Source: a virus
Lineage: Duplodnaviria; Caudoviricetes
Direction: 5' to 3' (one strand)
Virus record (IMG/VR): IMGVR_UViG_3300021430_000575
Coordinates: 1-64,000 of that record
DNA length: 64,000 bases
Position numbers and translations under genes: made by a program. The notes beneath the pieces are model-generated. The model saw only the letters and a program-made list of their open reading frames with translations, did no database searches and was not told the DNA's origin. Positions 1-8,089 of the stretch are shown in pieces. How positions within the stretch are numbered: position 1 is the first letter of the stretch; each line of letters starts with the position of its first letter.

Positions 1-68
1 CTCAGCCTACTATGGTCTCAGCTAACCCGCTTTACAGCGTACCTCTAACCTATCTAGGTTGGGTATAT

Positions 69-144
69 TGGTGGGTCTTGATGGAATCGAACCATCTCGG
101 TGATGCCATGTCACGGCATTGCCTTCCCATTTGGCTAAAGACCC
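69..144 (-). tRNA. tRNA-Val(GAC)
   Basis: Cloverleaf GGGTCTT/AAGACCC, anticodon arm ATGCC-GTGACAT-GGCAT, TTCGA T-loop, encoded CCA. Confidence 0.9.
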
Positions 145-223
145 ATTTATAAGATTATTTATATTGGATATTTTTATATAAGTCAATGGTTCTCTCATCC
201 AGTACTGCCCTGGATTATCTCCG

Positions 224-427
224 TTACGAGCGGAGTGCATCGCTTGCAATGCTTTGAGAGATTGAATCCTGTTCAAACATTGGCATACGGTTTTTTACAA
301 TGTTTGTAAAATGCCATCCGTTTAAATCTTCTGGCTTGACACTTGAAGTCTTTATTAAGATAACTCGGTCAGAATAAACAAACCCAACCCAAGGAAACCC
401 ACGATTAATAATATCCTGATATGTCAT
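224..427 (-). CDS. hypothetical protein
   Basis: ORF with upstream GGAAAA purine run, same strand as neighbours. Confidence 0.55.
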   Translation of the reverse strand: MTYQDIINRGFPWVGFVYSDRVILIKTSSVKPEDLNGWHFTNIVKNRMPMFEQDSISQSIASDALRS

Positions 428-519
428 AGTTTTCCTACCTTTTTAAGTCATCATAACTCCTTATGTTTATTTACTCAAAAATATATTTTTTGAAAATTGA
501 TTGTTAATTTGTACGAATA

Positions 520-596
520 TGGTTCCACAGTCCGGAACTGCCCCGGCTTCCCGAACTTACAAGGTTCGACATCATCTAGATAAATGCTTCAGTGGA
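520..596 (-). tRNA. tRNA-Thr(TGT)
   Basis: CGAAC-CTTGTAA-GTTCG anticodon arm, GGCAGTT T-loop, CCA. Confidence 0.8.
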
Positions 597-607
597 TTAA
601 TATGTTG

Positions 608-1222
608 CTATTTTATAGCAGCGCGTCTACGTTGTCTACCGTTTCCTTTGTTTTTATTTTTATATGTCGGTGTTAAGCTATGACAATTTGGGCATACTAG
701 CCTTAAATTATCTGGATGATTATTGTTAGAGTTTCCGTCTATATGGTCTCCCTCTAACGTTAGCTCAGTACCATTCCATTCAAGTATTCCACATATATGG
801 CAATGATTTCCTTTTGTTTTTTTAAGGTATTCTTTTGCCCAATCTGGAAAGTTAGTGTTCCAAGAAATATCGTTTTCTAACCATTGCTTGATTCTTGTGG
901 CTCTTATGTGTAGTTTATGACATTGGCTATTACAATAAGTTCCAATTTTCCATCGTAAAGTTATATTGTTCTTATTACAGTACAGACAGTTCCATCTAAC
1001 AAGTGAGCTATTTTTACTATGTTGATTATTATATTCTGCGCTGCATTTTCTATTACAAAATTTATTACTTTTTTTATTATATGGTAAAATATTACCGCAA
1101 TTAATACATTTAGATGGAAATTTATTATATTTTATAATTTTTTTAGCATTAAGCTGTTTATGCAATTCTCTAGTTTTTTCTCCGCCAATTTTTCCAATTT
1201 GGACTTTAGATAGTTTTTGCAT
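608..1222 (-). CDS. HNH homing endonuclease with N-terminal Zn-ribbon repeats
   Basis: C-terminal LEGDHIDGNSNNNHPDNLRLVCPNCH motif; CxxC..FCxxxC repeats. Confidence 0.85.
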   Translation of the reverse strand: MQKLSKVQIGKIGGEKTRELHKQLNAKKIIKYNKFPSKCINCGNILPYNKKSNKFCNRKCSAEYNNQHSKNSSLVRWNCLYCNKNNITLRWKIGTYCNSQCHKLHIRATRIKQWLENDISWNTNFPDWAKEYLKKTKGNHCHICGILEWNGTELTLEGDHIDGNSNNNHPDNLRLVCPNCHSLTPTYKNKNKGNGRQRRRAAIK

Positions 1223-1241
1223 AAATTATTTGATCTAAAAA

Positions 1242-1414
1242 TGGTGCCCGCGACAGGACTCGAACCTGTGTAGATTTCTCGACGGTTTACGTGTTGGACT
1301 TATGAGCTTTAGGCTCTCTGCCCCTCAAAAAGCGAACGGAGATTTTATCGTTCGCTTCCGAAGTGTTACCCACTACGGAAAAAACCGTTGCAATTGCCGC
1401 TATGCGACACGGGC
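1242..1414 (-). tRNA. tRNA with ~90-nt structured insert/intron in the anticodon loop (spliced anticodon TTT, TGT or CGT)
   Basis: GCCCGTG/CGCGGGC acceptor, D and T arms, ACGGT/ACCGT anticodon stem split by insert 1289-1378, CCA. Confidence 0.7.
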
Positions 1415-1457
1415 GTATCTAAAAACAATATACTTTATTTATACATTAGAGTCAACA

Positions 1458-1883
1458 TTAAATTAAATCTAATGACAAAAATTCAAATTTTAATTTATGC
1501 ATTTGAAGCCCTTTATCGGCGTAGTCAAGTATAGTATTGTGCTCTATCATTTTTAATCTAGTTGGGGATAGCTTGTAGAGTGGTTCTTGCTGCATTGGAT
1601 CTCGTATACCTTCTATCTGAAAATTACCTCCACAACGCATAAATTCGCTTAATGCGTGTGCAACAGTGCCATGGTCGGTCTCATACATTTCAAGAGTGAT
1701 GGTTTTATCTAGCAAGCTATAAGAAACAGATTTAACTTGCCTGCAAAGTGCATCGTCATAATGTTGACGACCAGTGTAAAATTTTACCCTAAACCTATAA
1801 GCTTGCTGTGGCATCATAACCACATATTCTACTTTTGGTTGGTCTGGTGTATCTTCAACGATTTTTTCTTCGTTTATTGTCAT
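1458..1883 (-). CDS. hypothetical protein (weak resemblance to tail-tube-like fold)
   Basis: 141-aa ORF; LDY and F-x-F pattern near the C terminus; by eye only. Confidence 0.5.
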   Translation of the reverse strand: MTINEEKIVEDTPDQPKVEYVVMMPQQAYRFRVKFYTGRQHYDDALCRQVKSVSYSLLDKTITLEMYETDHGTVAHALSEFMRCGGNFQIEGIRDPMQQEPLYKLSPTRLKMIEHNTILDYADKGLQMHKLKFEFLSLDLI

Positions 1884-1940
1884 AAAACATCCTTATTAGC
1901 TGATGTTTTATTTATCGGGTAGTTTTATACCAAAGAAAAA

Positions 1941-2228
1941 TTACCCTACTTTATTAGAATTATTCTTACCAATGTGATATCCATCACAAAACAAACACTT
2001 ATAAGAACTAAAATGCGCGCCTTTTTTCTTTTTCATTGCGTCGGCTGCACGCAAGCTTGATTCCTTAGAGTTATACATGATCTTTGGTTTACCAGAATAT
2101 GCAGCAACATGGCTGTTCTTACTAAACAACCCCCATGCATTTCTAGTTATAAACCAGTTCCTGACAAAACGTACAAGAGGTCCTTGATCTTTCAAAACAA
2201 GGAATAGGTTTTTGATTTTTATTTTCAT
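1941..2228 (-). CDS. hypothetical phage protein with YKCxxCxxYHIG motif
   Basis: ORF and Zn-binding-like motif. Confidence 0.6.
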   Translation of the reverse strand: MKIKIKNLFLVLKDQGPLVRFVRNWFITRNAWGLFSKNSHVAAYSGKPKIMYNSKESSLRAADAMKKKKGAHFSSYKCLFCDGYHIGKNNSNKVG

Positions 2229-2238
2229 TGGAAAAATT

Positions 2239-2314
2239 TGGTGGACCTGCTCGGTACTGCCCCGAGTCTCCCTGCGTGCAAAGCAGGAGTGCTACCTTTT
2301 ATCACTACAGGCCC
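2239..2314 (-). tRNA. tRNA-Ala(TGC)
   Basis: CCTGC-TTTGCAC-GCAGG, G3:U70, GGCAGTA T-loop, CCA. Confidence 0.9.
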
Positions 2315-2329
2315 CTAAACTATTTAATA

Positions 2330-2358
2330 ACTATACAACTGTATAATATTTATGTCAA
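2330..2358 (-). promoter_or_regulatory. sigma70-like promoter internal to the tRNA array
   Basis: TTGACA-17-TATAGT directly upstream of tRNA-Ala. Confidence 0.65.
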
Positions 2359-2390
2359 CACTAAAATATCAATCTTTTAAAATTCGTATT

Positions 2391-2540
2391 TTAGTCATTT
2401 TCTTTCATTCTGTTAAGCTTCATTTTGGAAAGCTTCTCAGTTATTATCCACCACAAAAATGCAGAGGTTGTTACTAACCCAATTAGAAAAACAATTACAA
2501 TAATAGCAATTAATAGAAACATGAATACAATTTCAAACAT
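2391..2540 (-). CDS. small single-pass membrane protein (49 aa, not in ORF track)
   Basis: MFEIVFMFLLIAIIVIVFLIGLV...; start overlaps upstream stop. Confidence 0.55.
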   Translation of the reverse strand: MFEIVFMFLLIAIIVIVFLIGLVTTSAFLWWIITEKLSKMKLNRMKEND

Positions 2541-2671
2541 TACATTTGCCTTTTATCAAAATGAGAAGAAATCCATTTTATAGAGAAAAATATAAATGCC
2601 AGGAATGAAAATGTTATTCCAATAGAAACTAATATTGCTATAATACATATAAAAATGAGAGTGATATCCAT
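2540..2671 (-). CDS. small single-pass membrane protein (43 aa, not in ORF track)
   Basis: MDITLIFICIIAILVSIGITFSF...; ATG overlaps TAA of 2671..2979. Confidence 0.55.
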   Translation of the reverse strand: MDITLIFICIIAILVSIGITFSFLAFIFFSIKWISSHFDKRQM

Positions 2672-2979
2672 TAGTGTTCAACCTTAGTACAAATGCCAAA
2701 TATGTTTGATTTAGATATCCATCCGTTCAATTTACCTCTATTGTTACCAATTAAATATCTATTGTCTGACCCAACTGCCTTAATAAGATGTAGATATTGC
2801 TGCCCTTTTACCTTACATAACACAATCATACCTGGCTCTAGTTTAGAGTTTTTATTTATGGGATCAACCGTAACAAGTTGTCCGCTTTCAATTTTTCCAG
2901 TCATGCTATTACCGCGAGGACGAAACTGTACAGTTTCACCTGATCTAAGAGATTCAATATATCTACTTGCCCACGACAT
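2671..2979 (-). CDS. S24/S26-family peptidase-like protein
   Basis: RPRGNSM motif (catalytic Ser-Met) and VLCKV..YLHLIKAV. Confidence 0.7.
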   Translation of the reverse strand: MSWASRYIESLRSGETVQFRPRGNSMTGKIESGQLVTVDPINKNSKLEPGMIVLCKVKGQQYLHLIKAVGSDNRYLIGNNRGKLNGWISKSNIFGICTKVEH

Positions 2980-3196
2980 GTAAACGTCCTGTTACCCATA
3001 ACCATCGTATAAAGCCAAATGGTATCAATATTATTGTAGGTAAAATCTGCACAAAATCATTATTAATACCAAGAAATATTAATACAAGACTTGGTATCCA
3101 TGCAGCAATAATCAATAGCATGAAGAGTCCAAATCTATATGGATCTTTGATGTTATCATACCATTGGTTTATATTATGTAATTTTTCTTTTATCAT
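2963..3196 (-). CDS. small membrane protein
   Basis: Two hydrophobic segments; coupled ORF. Confidence 0.55.
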   Translation of the reverse strand: MIKEKLHNINQWYDNIKDPYRFGLFMLLIIAAWIPSLVLIFLGINNDFVQILPTIILIPFGFIRWLWVTGRLHVVGK

Positions 3197-3597
3197 CAGC
3201 TATACTTTAGTAGGAAAAATGTTTGATCTTCACTATTATCAAATTCTAATTTATACGCAAATCGCATAATTTTTGAGTCAAAATACTCTATAACAACATA
3301 CTCACCTGGATATGATTCTTGCATTTCGGCATTAGCCTTCATGATGTTATCCTGGCTAGTGATACCAATTTCAGCATACCTCATGTCAACTGCATATTTC
3401 ATATGTAAGGAATTAAGCAGTATTTGCCATGACGGCAATGAAGAGCTATTCATAGGTTGTAAAGTAAGTGGACTATATGGGCAAAAATAAGCCGCCGATT
3501 CAGTTTCTTCTGCACCTTTATAACCAACTAATACATTGTTGTCATTTTCATTTTTATCGTTATATATTTTCATTTTATAAGTTGCTAACCACCCCAT
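3196..3597 (-). CDS. hypothetical protein
   Basis: Overlapping ORF chain on minus strand. Confidence 0.6.
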   Translation of the reverse strand: MGWLATYKMKIYNDKNENDNNVLVGYKGAEETESAAYFCPYSPLTLQPMNSSSLPSWQILLNSLHMKYAVDMRYAEIGITSQDNIMKANAEMQESYPGEYVVIEYFDSKIMRFAYKLEFDNSEDQTFFLLKYS

Positions 3598-3842
3598 GGC
3601 TCATGATTCACATGTATTTCTATTTCTTTGGTAATCATACCAGATGCAATTTTTTGCCTGTAATCGTAGATAAATTTATCCATATTTTTGTTTTTCTCAG
3701 GAGGATAATATAAATCATTATATTTTACTATAGTGCAAAGAGCATCTTCTAAGGCACGACGAATAATTTCTGCTTCGTAACAAATAGTTCCGCCAGGTCC
3801 TGTGATATTAACTGTGATAGGCATTGTTTTAATCCTCTCCAA
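3585..3842 (-). CDS. hypothetical protein
   Basis: Overlapping ORF chain. Confidence 0.55.
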   Translation of the reverse strand: MERIKTMPITVNITGPGGTICYEAEIIRRALEDALCTIVKYNDLYYPPEKNKNMDKFIYDYRQKIASGMITKEIEIHVNHEPWGG

Positions 3843-4122
3843 ATTTCTGCCAGGTCATGCCATAGAGCACATAATCTTCTCTACGGCGAAACCTTATCTC
3901 TTTTCTTAACCAAGTCCATTGATCATCCATGGGACCAATGTTGTTATCTAGCCATTTCTGAATGGCTTCTCCTTGACCCGGATTATAACTTGGATTTACC
4001 ACATATGGGAAATTTTCTACTACCCAGGCTATAGCTTTGTTGATTTCTTCCTGAGTTGGAACTGTTATCTTAGGCTGGGTTTGAACCTGTGTAACTTTTG
4101 TTTCTAGATCAGCAAAGCTCAT
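3829..4122 (-). CDS. hypothetical protein
   Basis: Overlapping ORF chain. Confidence 0.55.
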   Translation of the reverse strand: MSFADLETKVTQVQTQPKITVPTQEEINKAIAWVVENFPYVVNPSYNPGQGEAIQKWLDNNIGPMDDQWTWLRKEIRFRRREDYVLYGMTWQKFGED

Positions 4123-4124
4123 TC

Positions 4125-4505
4125 TTATTTTCCACTAATATAACGCCAGCCTGTTTGACCAGTTTCATATTTTTCCATAGATTTTATTGCAAGCATATAT
4201 TCGTCTTTGGTACCTACTCCACGTCGATGATTTTCTATAACACCGACTGCATTATGATAATCTTCTATTTCATACTCATTACCACATGGTATTTCATATA
4301 AATCTCCGCTGTATGAGCGTATTCTTTTACATGCACCGTCGTCGCTATGACCGCAACTTGGACATTTTAGGCATGGAATAAGTTTTAAATTTTCTGCTGT
4401 GACGATATGTCCGTATCCAAATCCACGGCATACATTGCCAGGTTCATATTGGTCAGGAAGGGCAAAGCCTTTGACCATTTCTATTTTACAACGCGGACAT
4501 ATCAT
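4125..4505 (-). CDS. Zn-ribbon hypothetical protein
   Basis: CPRC ... CPSC motifs. Confidence 0.55.
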   Translation of the reverse strand: MICPRCKIEMVKGFALPDQYEPGNVCRGFGYGHIVTAENLKLIPCLKCPSCGHSDDGACKRIRSYSGDLYEIPCGNEYEIEDYHNAVGVIENHRRGVGTKDEYMLAIKSMEKYETGQTGWRYISGK

Positions 4506-4520
4506 ATAAAAGACCTTTTT

Positions 4521-4613
4521 TGGCGGAGCCGGAGGGATTTGAACCCTCGGTACATTTTTACAATGTACGGCGGTTTAGCAAACCGCTACCTTAAGCCACT
4601 CGGTCACAGCTCC
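4521..4613 (-). tRNA. tRNA-Ser(GCT)
   Basis: GCGGT-TTGCTAA-ACCGC, long variable arm, G73, CCA. Confidence 0.9.
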
Positions 4614-5176
4614 ATTATATTCATAATAACATCTCGTTTCCATATGGTCAACTTTTTTGTAAATTGTGACCATTTACATCTATCCAACTCAGTTTCGTAT
4701 CCTTTTACTTCTAAATATCCTCCTAGTTCTTCTACATAAAAATCTGGAGTATAATGGCTTATTTTGCCTTGTAGGTTAATATACTTGAAACGTTTTTTAT
4801 TACGTTTCCAATTCCATTTTGATCTGTCTAAAAATTTTGCAACAGCAAGTTCCCATGTTCCATCAACCGTGATAGCACCTGCTATTGGAGAGATATATTT
4901 TATTTTTTTACATCTACCTGCCTTTGGCATCCATCCAGATGCATATCTTTCAAGAATTCTTTTTCTTTGTTTTTCTTTAAATTCGTCTGAATGTTTTCGT
5001 TGTACTTTTTTGTGACTTATTTTTGCAGCTTCGCTTTTATTGCGGCATTTTAAAATACCTTTACGAACTGCCATTATTATGGATTTACTTGATATTCCAA
5101 ATTCTTTTACAATGTCTCTTTGCGACATTCCTTTATTGTACTGTTCTTGTATATTTTCCCAATCTATATTTTTCAT
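4604..5176 (-). CDS. PD-(D/E)XK homing-type endonuclease with N-terminal HTH
   Basis: YTPDFYVEELGGYLEVKGY motif; 3' end overlaps tRNA-Ser. Confidence 0.75.
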   Translation of the reverse strand: MKNIDWENIQEQYNKGMSQRDIVKEFGISSKSIIMAVRKGILKCRNKSEAAKISHKKVQRKHSDEFKEKQRKRILERYASGWMPKAGRCKKIKYISPIAGAITVDGTWELAVAKFLDRSKWNWKRNKKRFKYINLQGKISHYTPDFYVEELGGYLEVKGYETELDRCKWSQFTKKLTIWKRDVIMNIMEL

Positions 5177-5344
5177 GCAGTATTTATCTCTAATCTACTG
5201 CATTACTTTCTATTAGAAAAAATATATAAGATGAATTTGAATTTAAAGAGATTTTAAAGTAGAAACTAGATTACCATGTTTAACGACGATTGATCTAGTG
5301 TATTAGCTAGAATTTTTGTTGCTGCTATGTTAACCTCTTAATTT

Positions 5345-5421
5345 TGGCTCCCGGAGTAGGAATCGAACCTACCTGATGTACAGATTAACAATCTGCTGGC
5401 CCACCTTGTGCCCGTCCGGGA
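5345..5421 (-). tRNA. tRNA-Asn(GTT)
   Basis: GCAGA-TTGTTAA-TCTGT, TCCCGGA/TCCGGGA acceptor, CCA. Confidence 0.9.
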
Positions 5422-5487
5422 ATAATTACTTTTTTATAATACGTTGTTAGAAATGAATAGTCAACTGCTTTATTTTATTAATAAATT

Positions 5488-5565
5488 TGGAGTAGCGGGA
5501 AGGCAATTCTCCTTCATAGTCTTGCTTTGCGGGCAAGTGCATAAAACTTTTTCTGCCACCGCTAC
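5488..5565 (-). tRNA. tRNA-Cys(GCA)
   Basis: CTTGC-CCGCAAA-GCAAG, GTAGCGG/CCGCTAC, U73, atypical T-loop AGAATTG. Confidence 0.8.
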
Positions 5566-5571
5566 ATAAAT

Positions 5572-5647
5572 TGGAGTTCCGAGCGGCGCTTGCATCCGCG
5601 TGATTGAAATTTGCAGTTTCACCCATAACTATCTCTGGCATCGGAAC
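5572..5647 (-). tRNA. tRNA-Cys(GCA), second copy
   Basis: TGAAA-CTGCAAA-TTTCA, GTTCCGA/TCGGAAC, U73, CCA. Confidence 0.8.
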
Positions 5648-5689
5648 ATTATCTCTTATATTATATTTATATAGTTGATCTGTCAACTA

Positions 5690-5902
5690 TTAAATAGGTC
5701 TACTACTAATGGTGATTTTATGTTCTTTACCATCTTCTAGTAGATAAATTAATAGATTATTATCTACATCGAGCTCTTCGTCGGCTCGATATTGTATATT
5801 GCAAGAATCCATAAAACTCTTAAGTTTATTTTTTGTATTAATATCCCATAGTTCAAATAATAGAACCTCTTTAACATCGTTTAATATATTTTGAATATTC
5901 AT
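5690..5902 (-). CDS. hypothetical protein
   Basis: ORF with AAGGA RBS. Confidence 0.55.
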   Translation of the reverse strand: MNIQNILNDVKEVLLFELWDINTKNKLKSFMDSCNIQYRADEELDVDNNLLIYLLEDGKEHKITISSRPI

Positions 5903-5949
5903 GTTTATCCTTAATTATATGTATTATTTATAAATCAAAAAATCAACTA

Positions 5950-6210
5950 TTAAATGTCACTGGCCTTTCTAGTTTCTTTCCAGTCGCGTTCACGTTCTTG
6001 AATGTACTTGCTCGGAAAGGTCTGTCCGCCGGCTGTAACTACCTGCCAACCATCTTCCCAGACATCTTCCTTAATTCCACGGTCATTGAGCTTGGTTTCC
6101 TTGAGCTTGACATACTTTCCAACCACAGCATGATCGGTAGGAATCCAGCTTACCTGTGTGACATTACCTCGGCGTAGATGGCATTGTGTATGTGTTGGGT
6201 TCTTAGTCAT
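5950..6210 (-). CDS. hypothetical protein
   Basis: ORF with GGAG RBS. Confidence 0.6.
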   Translation of the reverse strand: MTKNPTHTQCHLRRGNVTQVSWIPTDHAVVGKYVKLKETKLNDRGIKEDVWEDGWQVVTAGGQTFPSKYIQERERDWKETRKASDI

Positions 6211-6221
6211 GGTTATTCTCC

Positions 6222-6611
6222 TTAGCTGTTAAACTTTTTATCAATATTATTAATAATTTCATCGGCAACAAATGTAGGCCTGCAATCGCTTAGTCTCTGA
6301 GATTCTTCTTTAATAATATCTTTGACGTCGTCAAGTGTTTGTTTTTGAATTGTGAGGCCAACGTTGTATGCCTGCATCCATTTACCAATTTTACTCGATC
6401 GTTGACTGATCTTAAGCCACAGATCTGAAATGTCTTGAGTTGCTATCCAAACATTGCCGTCTAAAAGACACTGCGTGTTAGTTTCCATTGAAGTAGGATG
6501 GACAATGCAAGGCAGTCCTGCTGCTTCTCGTGTCTGATGAAATTCAGCTCCACAAAATGGGCATTCAATTCCTAGATATTTGTTATCATCTGAAATAAAA
6601 GATACAATCAT
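6222..6611 (-). CDS. hypothetical protein
   Basis: ORF, CPFC motif. Confidence 0.55.
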   Translation of the reverse strand: MIVSFISDDNKYLGIECPFCGAEFHQTREAAGLPCIVHPTSMETNTQCLLDGNVWIATQDISDLWLKISQRSSKIGKWMQAYNVGLTIQKQTLDDVKDIIKEESQRLSDCRPTFVADEIINNIDKKFNS

Positions 6612-6621
6612 GTTACATTTT

Positions 6622-6984
6622 TCAAATTAGATTATGATAGATATTATCACGTTTGTAATATTCACTAGACACATACCATTGTAACCAATCTGCAGTTTGG
6701 TGTATATATTTTCCTGCATGTTCAGTTTTCACAGGATTCTCAGGAGCTATGCTATGTAGCAGATGCAGATGTACCCAGGTTGAACCGGTACTTAGCATGT
6801 GATGAATAATATAAGAGATAATTTTATCTCCCATGCTTTCCAAATCTTTAAAATCTGGATGATCGATGATATATGACGGAGAAGACTGGTAACAAGTGTC
6901 TTTTCTTATGTTTTCAAGCTTTTGATCAATATCCTGCGATATTTTCAAATATTGATCAAACAGCTCGGGCGATGGAATAGTCAT
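6622..6984 (-). CDS. conserved hypothetical protein
   Basis: HPDF..L..MG..I..YI...W...L..I..ENPV pattern seen in small bacterial proteins. Confidence 0.6.
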   Translation of the reverse strand: MTIPSPELFDQYLKISQDIDQKLENIRKDTCYQSSPSYIIDHPDFKDLESMGDKIISYIIHHMLSTGSTWVHLHLLHSIAPENPVKTEHAGKYIHQTADWLQWYVSSEYYKRDNIYHNLI

Positions 6985-7004
6985 TAATATACTCTGTGTA
7001 AAAA

Positions 7005-7095
7005 TGGAGGTCCCCGGAGGAATCGAACCTACTTTGCCTAACCATCCAATTCTTAAAAGGACTAGTTTAGAAGACTAGTATCGGAGACGGGAACC
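7005..7095 (-). tRNA. non-canonical D-armless 8/4 tRNA-Arg(TCT)
   Basis: 8-bp acceptor GGTTCCCG/CGGGGACC, CTAGT-CTTCTAA-ACTAG, no D stem, large variable arm, CCA. Confidence 0.65.
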
Positions 7096-7149
7096 ATTAA
7101 TTCTTTTGTTATATTACATTACTTTACTTTATTTTACAAGCATTGTAAT

Positions 7150-7236
7150 TGGAGGTCCCCGGAGGATTTGAACCTCTTGCCCTACCATCCAACTCTTAGG
7201 GACTGGTTCCGAAGACCAGTGTCGGAGACGGGAACC
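7150..7236 (-). tRNA. non-canonical D-armless 8/4 tRNA-Arg(TCG)
   Basis: Paralog of 7005-7095; CTGGT-CTTCGGA-ACCAG, 4-bp T stem GAGG/CCTC, CCA. Confidence 0.65.
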
Positions 7237-7250
7237 GAACTTTTTAACAA

Positions 7251-7330
7251 TGGTGGAACGGTTAAGACGCTCGCCTGCCATTTCGTTGGCCATGATCAGA
7301 AATCAGAAAAATAATCATGTTCGCCGTTGC
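7251..7330 (-). ncRNA. CCA-ended tRNA-like structured RNA
   Basis: GCAACGG/CCGTTCC closing helix plus ACCA, three internal hairpins, no canonical anticodon or T loop. Confidence 0.4.
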
Positions 7331-7386
7331 CGTTATGTCTGATTAACACCACCAGACATATTTAAATGACTAACAGTGATAATAAA

Positions 7387-7617
7387 CTACTCAGTGTCAA
7401 CGTCGAAGTGGTTATCCCTACGACGACGTATACGTCTCATTAGTGTTTTAAGCTTAGCTCGCATTTTACGTTGATTACCGAATCGTTCTCCAACTGTTCT
7501 AAATGCGTCTTGCATTACATGTCTAAGCCGCATGCCCGGTGTATATTCATCAAAATTTTGATGATGTGCTTGATATGCGCGTTGAGTTTTAAATGTTCTA
7601 GACATTTTATTCTCCAT
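7387..7617 (-). CDS. small basic hypothetical protein
   Basis: GGAG RBS; Arg-rich C terminus. Confidence 0.6.
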   Translation of the reverse strand: MENKMSRTFKTQRAYQAHHQNFDEYTPGMRLRHVMQDAFRTVGERFGNQRKMRAKLKTLMRRIRRRRDNHFDVDTE

Positions 7618-7621
7618 ATAG

Positions 7622-7707
7622 TGGCGGATGAGTAGTTAATCGAAAACTATTCCCGGAGGAACGCACTCCTTAGCAGGGAGGCCCAAACCCTGTTTGGTCA
7701 CTCATCC
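7622..7707 (-). tRNA. tRNA-Ser(GCT), second copy
   Basis: CTCC-CTGCTAA-GGAG, long arm, G73, CCA. Confidence 0.8.
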
Positions 7708-7762
7708 ATAATTAATTATAATTAATAATTGGCGTATTGCAACTAGCCAACTAAATATTTTT

Positions 7763-8089
7763 ATGAGTTATTTTATATATGTAATAGGCCCTAAAGAGCC
7801 TCCTATAAAAATAGGCATAACTGGCGATATTAATCAACGTTTGCGCAGCTTGCAAACTGGTCACAGCAGTAAACTATTTGTGCATCATCAAGAAGAAATA
7901 ACCGACAGTAAAACAGCTAAATTATTTGAAGGCATCATACATAAAAATCTCAAGCATCTGCAAACACACGGTGAATGGTTTAATTTAAGCATTGAAGACG
8001 CAATAAATCATGTAAAATGGTGTATTATCCGTTATGAAAACGAACCTAATTTAAGTTATAGAAAAAGAGCCGGATTGTTGTTTAATTAA
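7763..8089 (+). CDS. GIY-YIG (T5orf172-like) nuclease
   Basis: FIYVIG..IKIGIT....RL..LQTG...E..IH..L......GEWF. Confidence 0.8.
   Translation: MSYFIYVIGPKEPPIKIGITGDINQRLRSLQTGHSSKLFVHHQEEITDSKTAKLFEGIIHKNLKHLQTHGEWFNLSIEDAINHVKWCIIRYENEPNLSYRKRAGLLFN

Noticed and set aside
1289-1378. Group I intron interpretation of the tRNA insert
   Set aside because: A U-ending exon and terminal G are possible, but 90 nt cannot hold P3-P9 and no P7 motifs were found
1242-1414. tRNA-Tyr(GTA) call for the insert-bearing tRNA
   Set aside because: A GTA anticodon would leave a 6-nt loop or mismatched stem, and a proper tRNA-Tyr exists at 25973-26064
5447-5686. 79-aa ORF containing an ANFNHADASAA stretch resembling a tmRNA tag
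   Set aside because: It is a read-through of two tRNA-Cys genes (5488-5565, 5572-5647), so spurious
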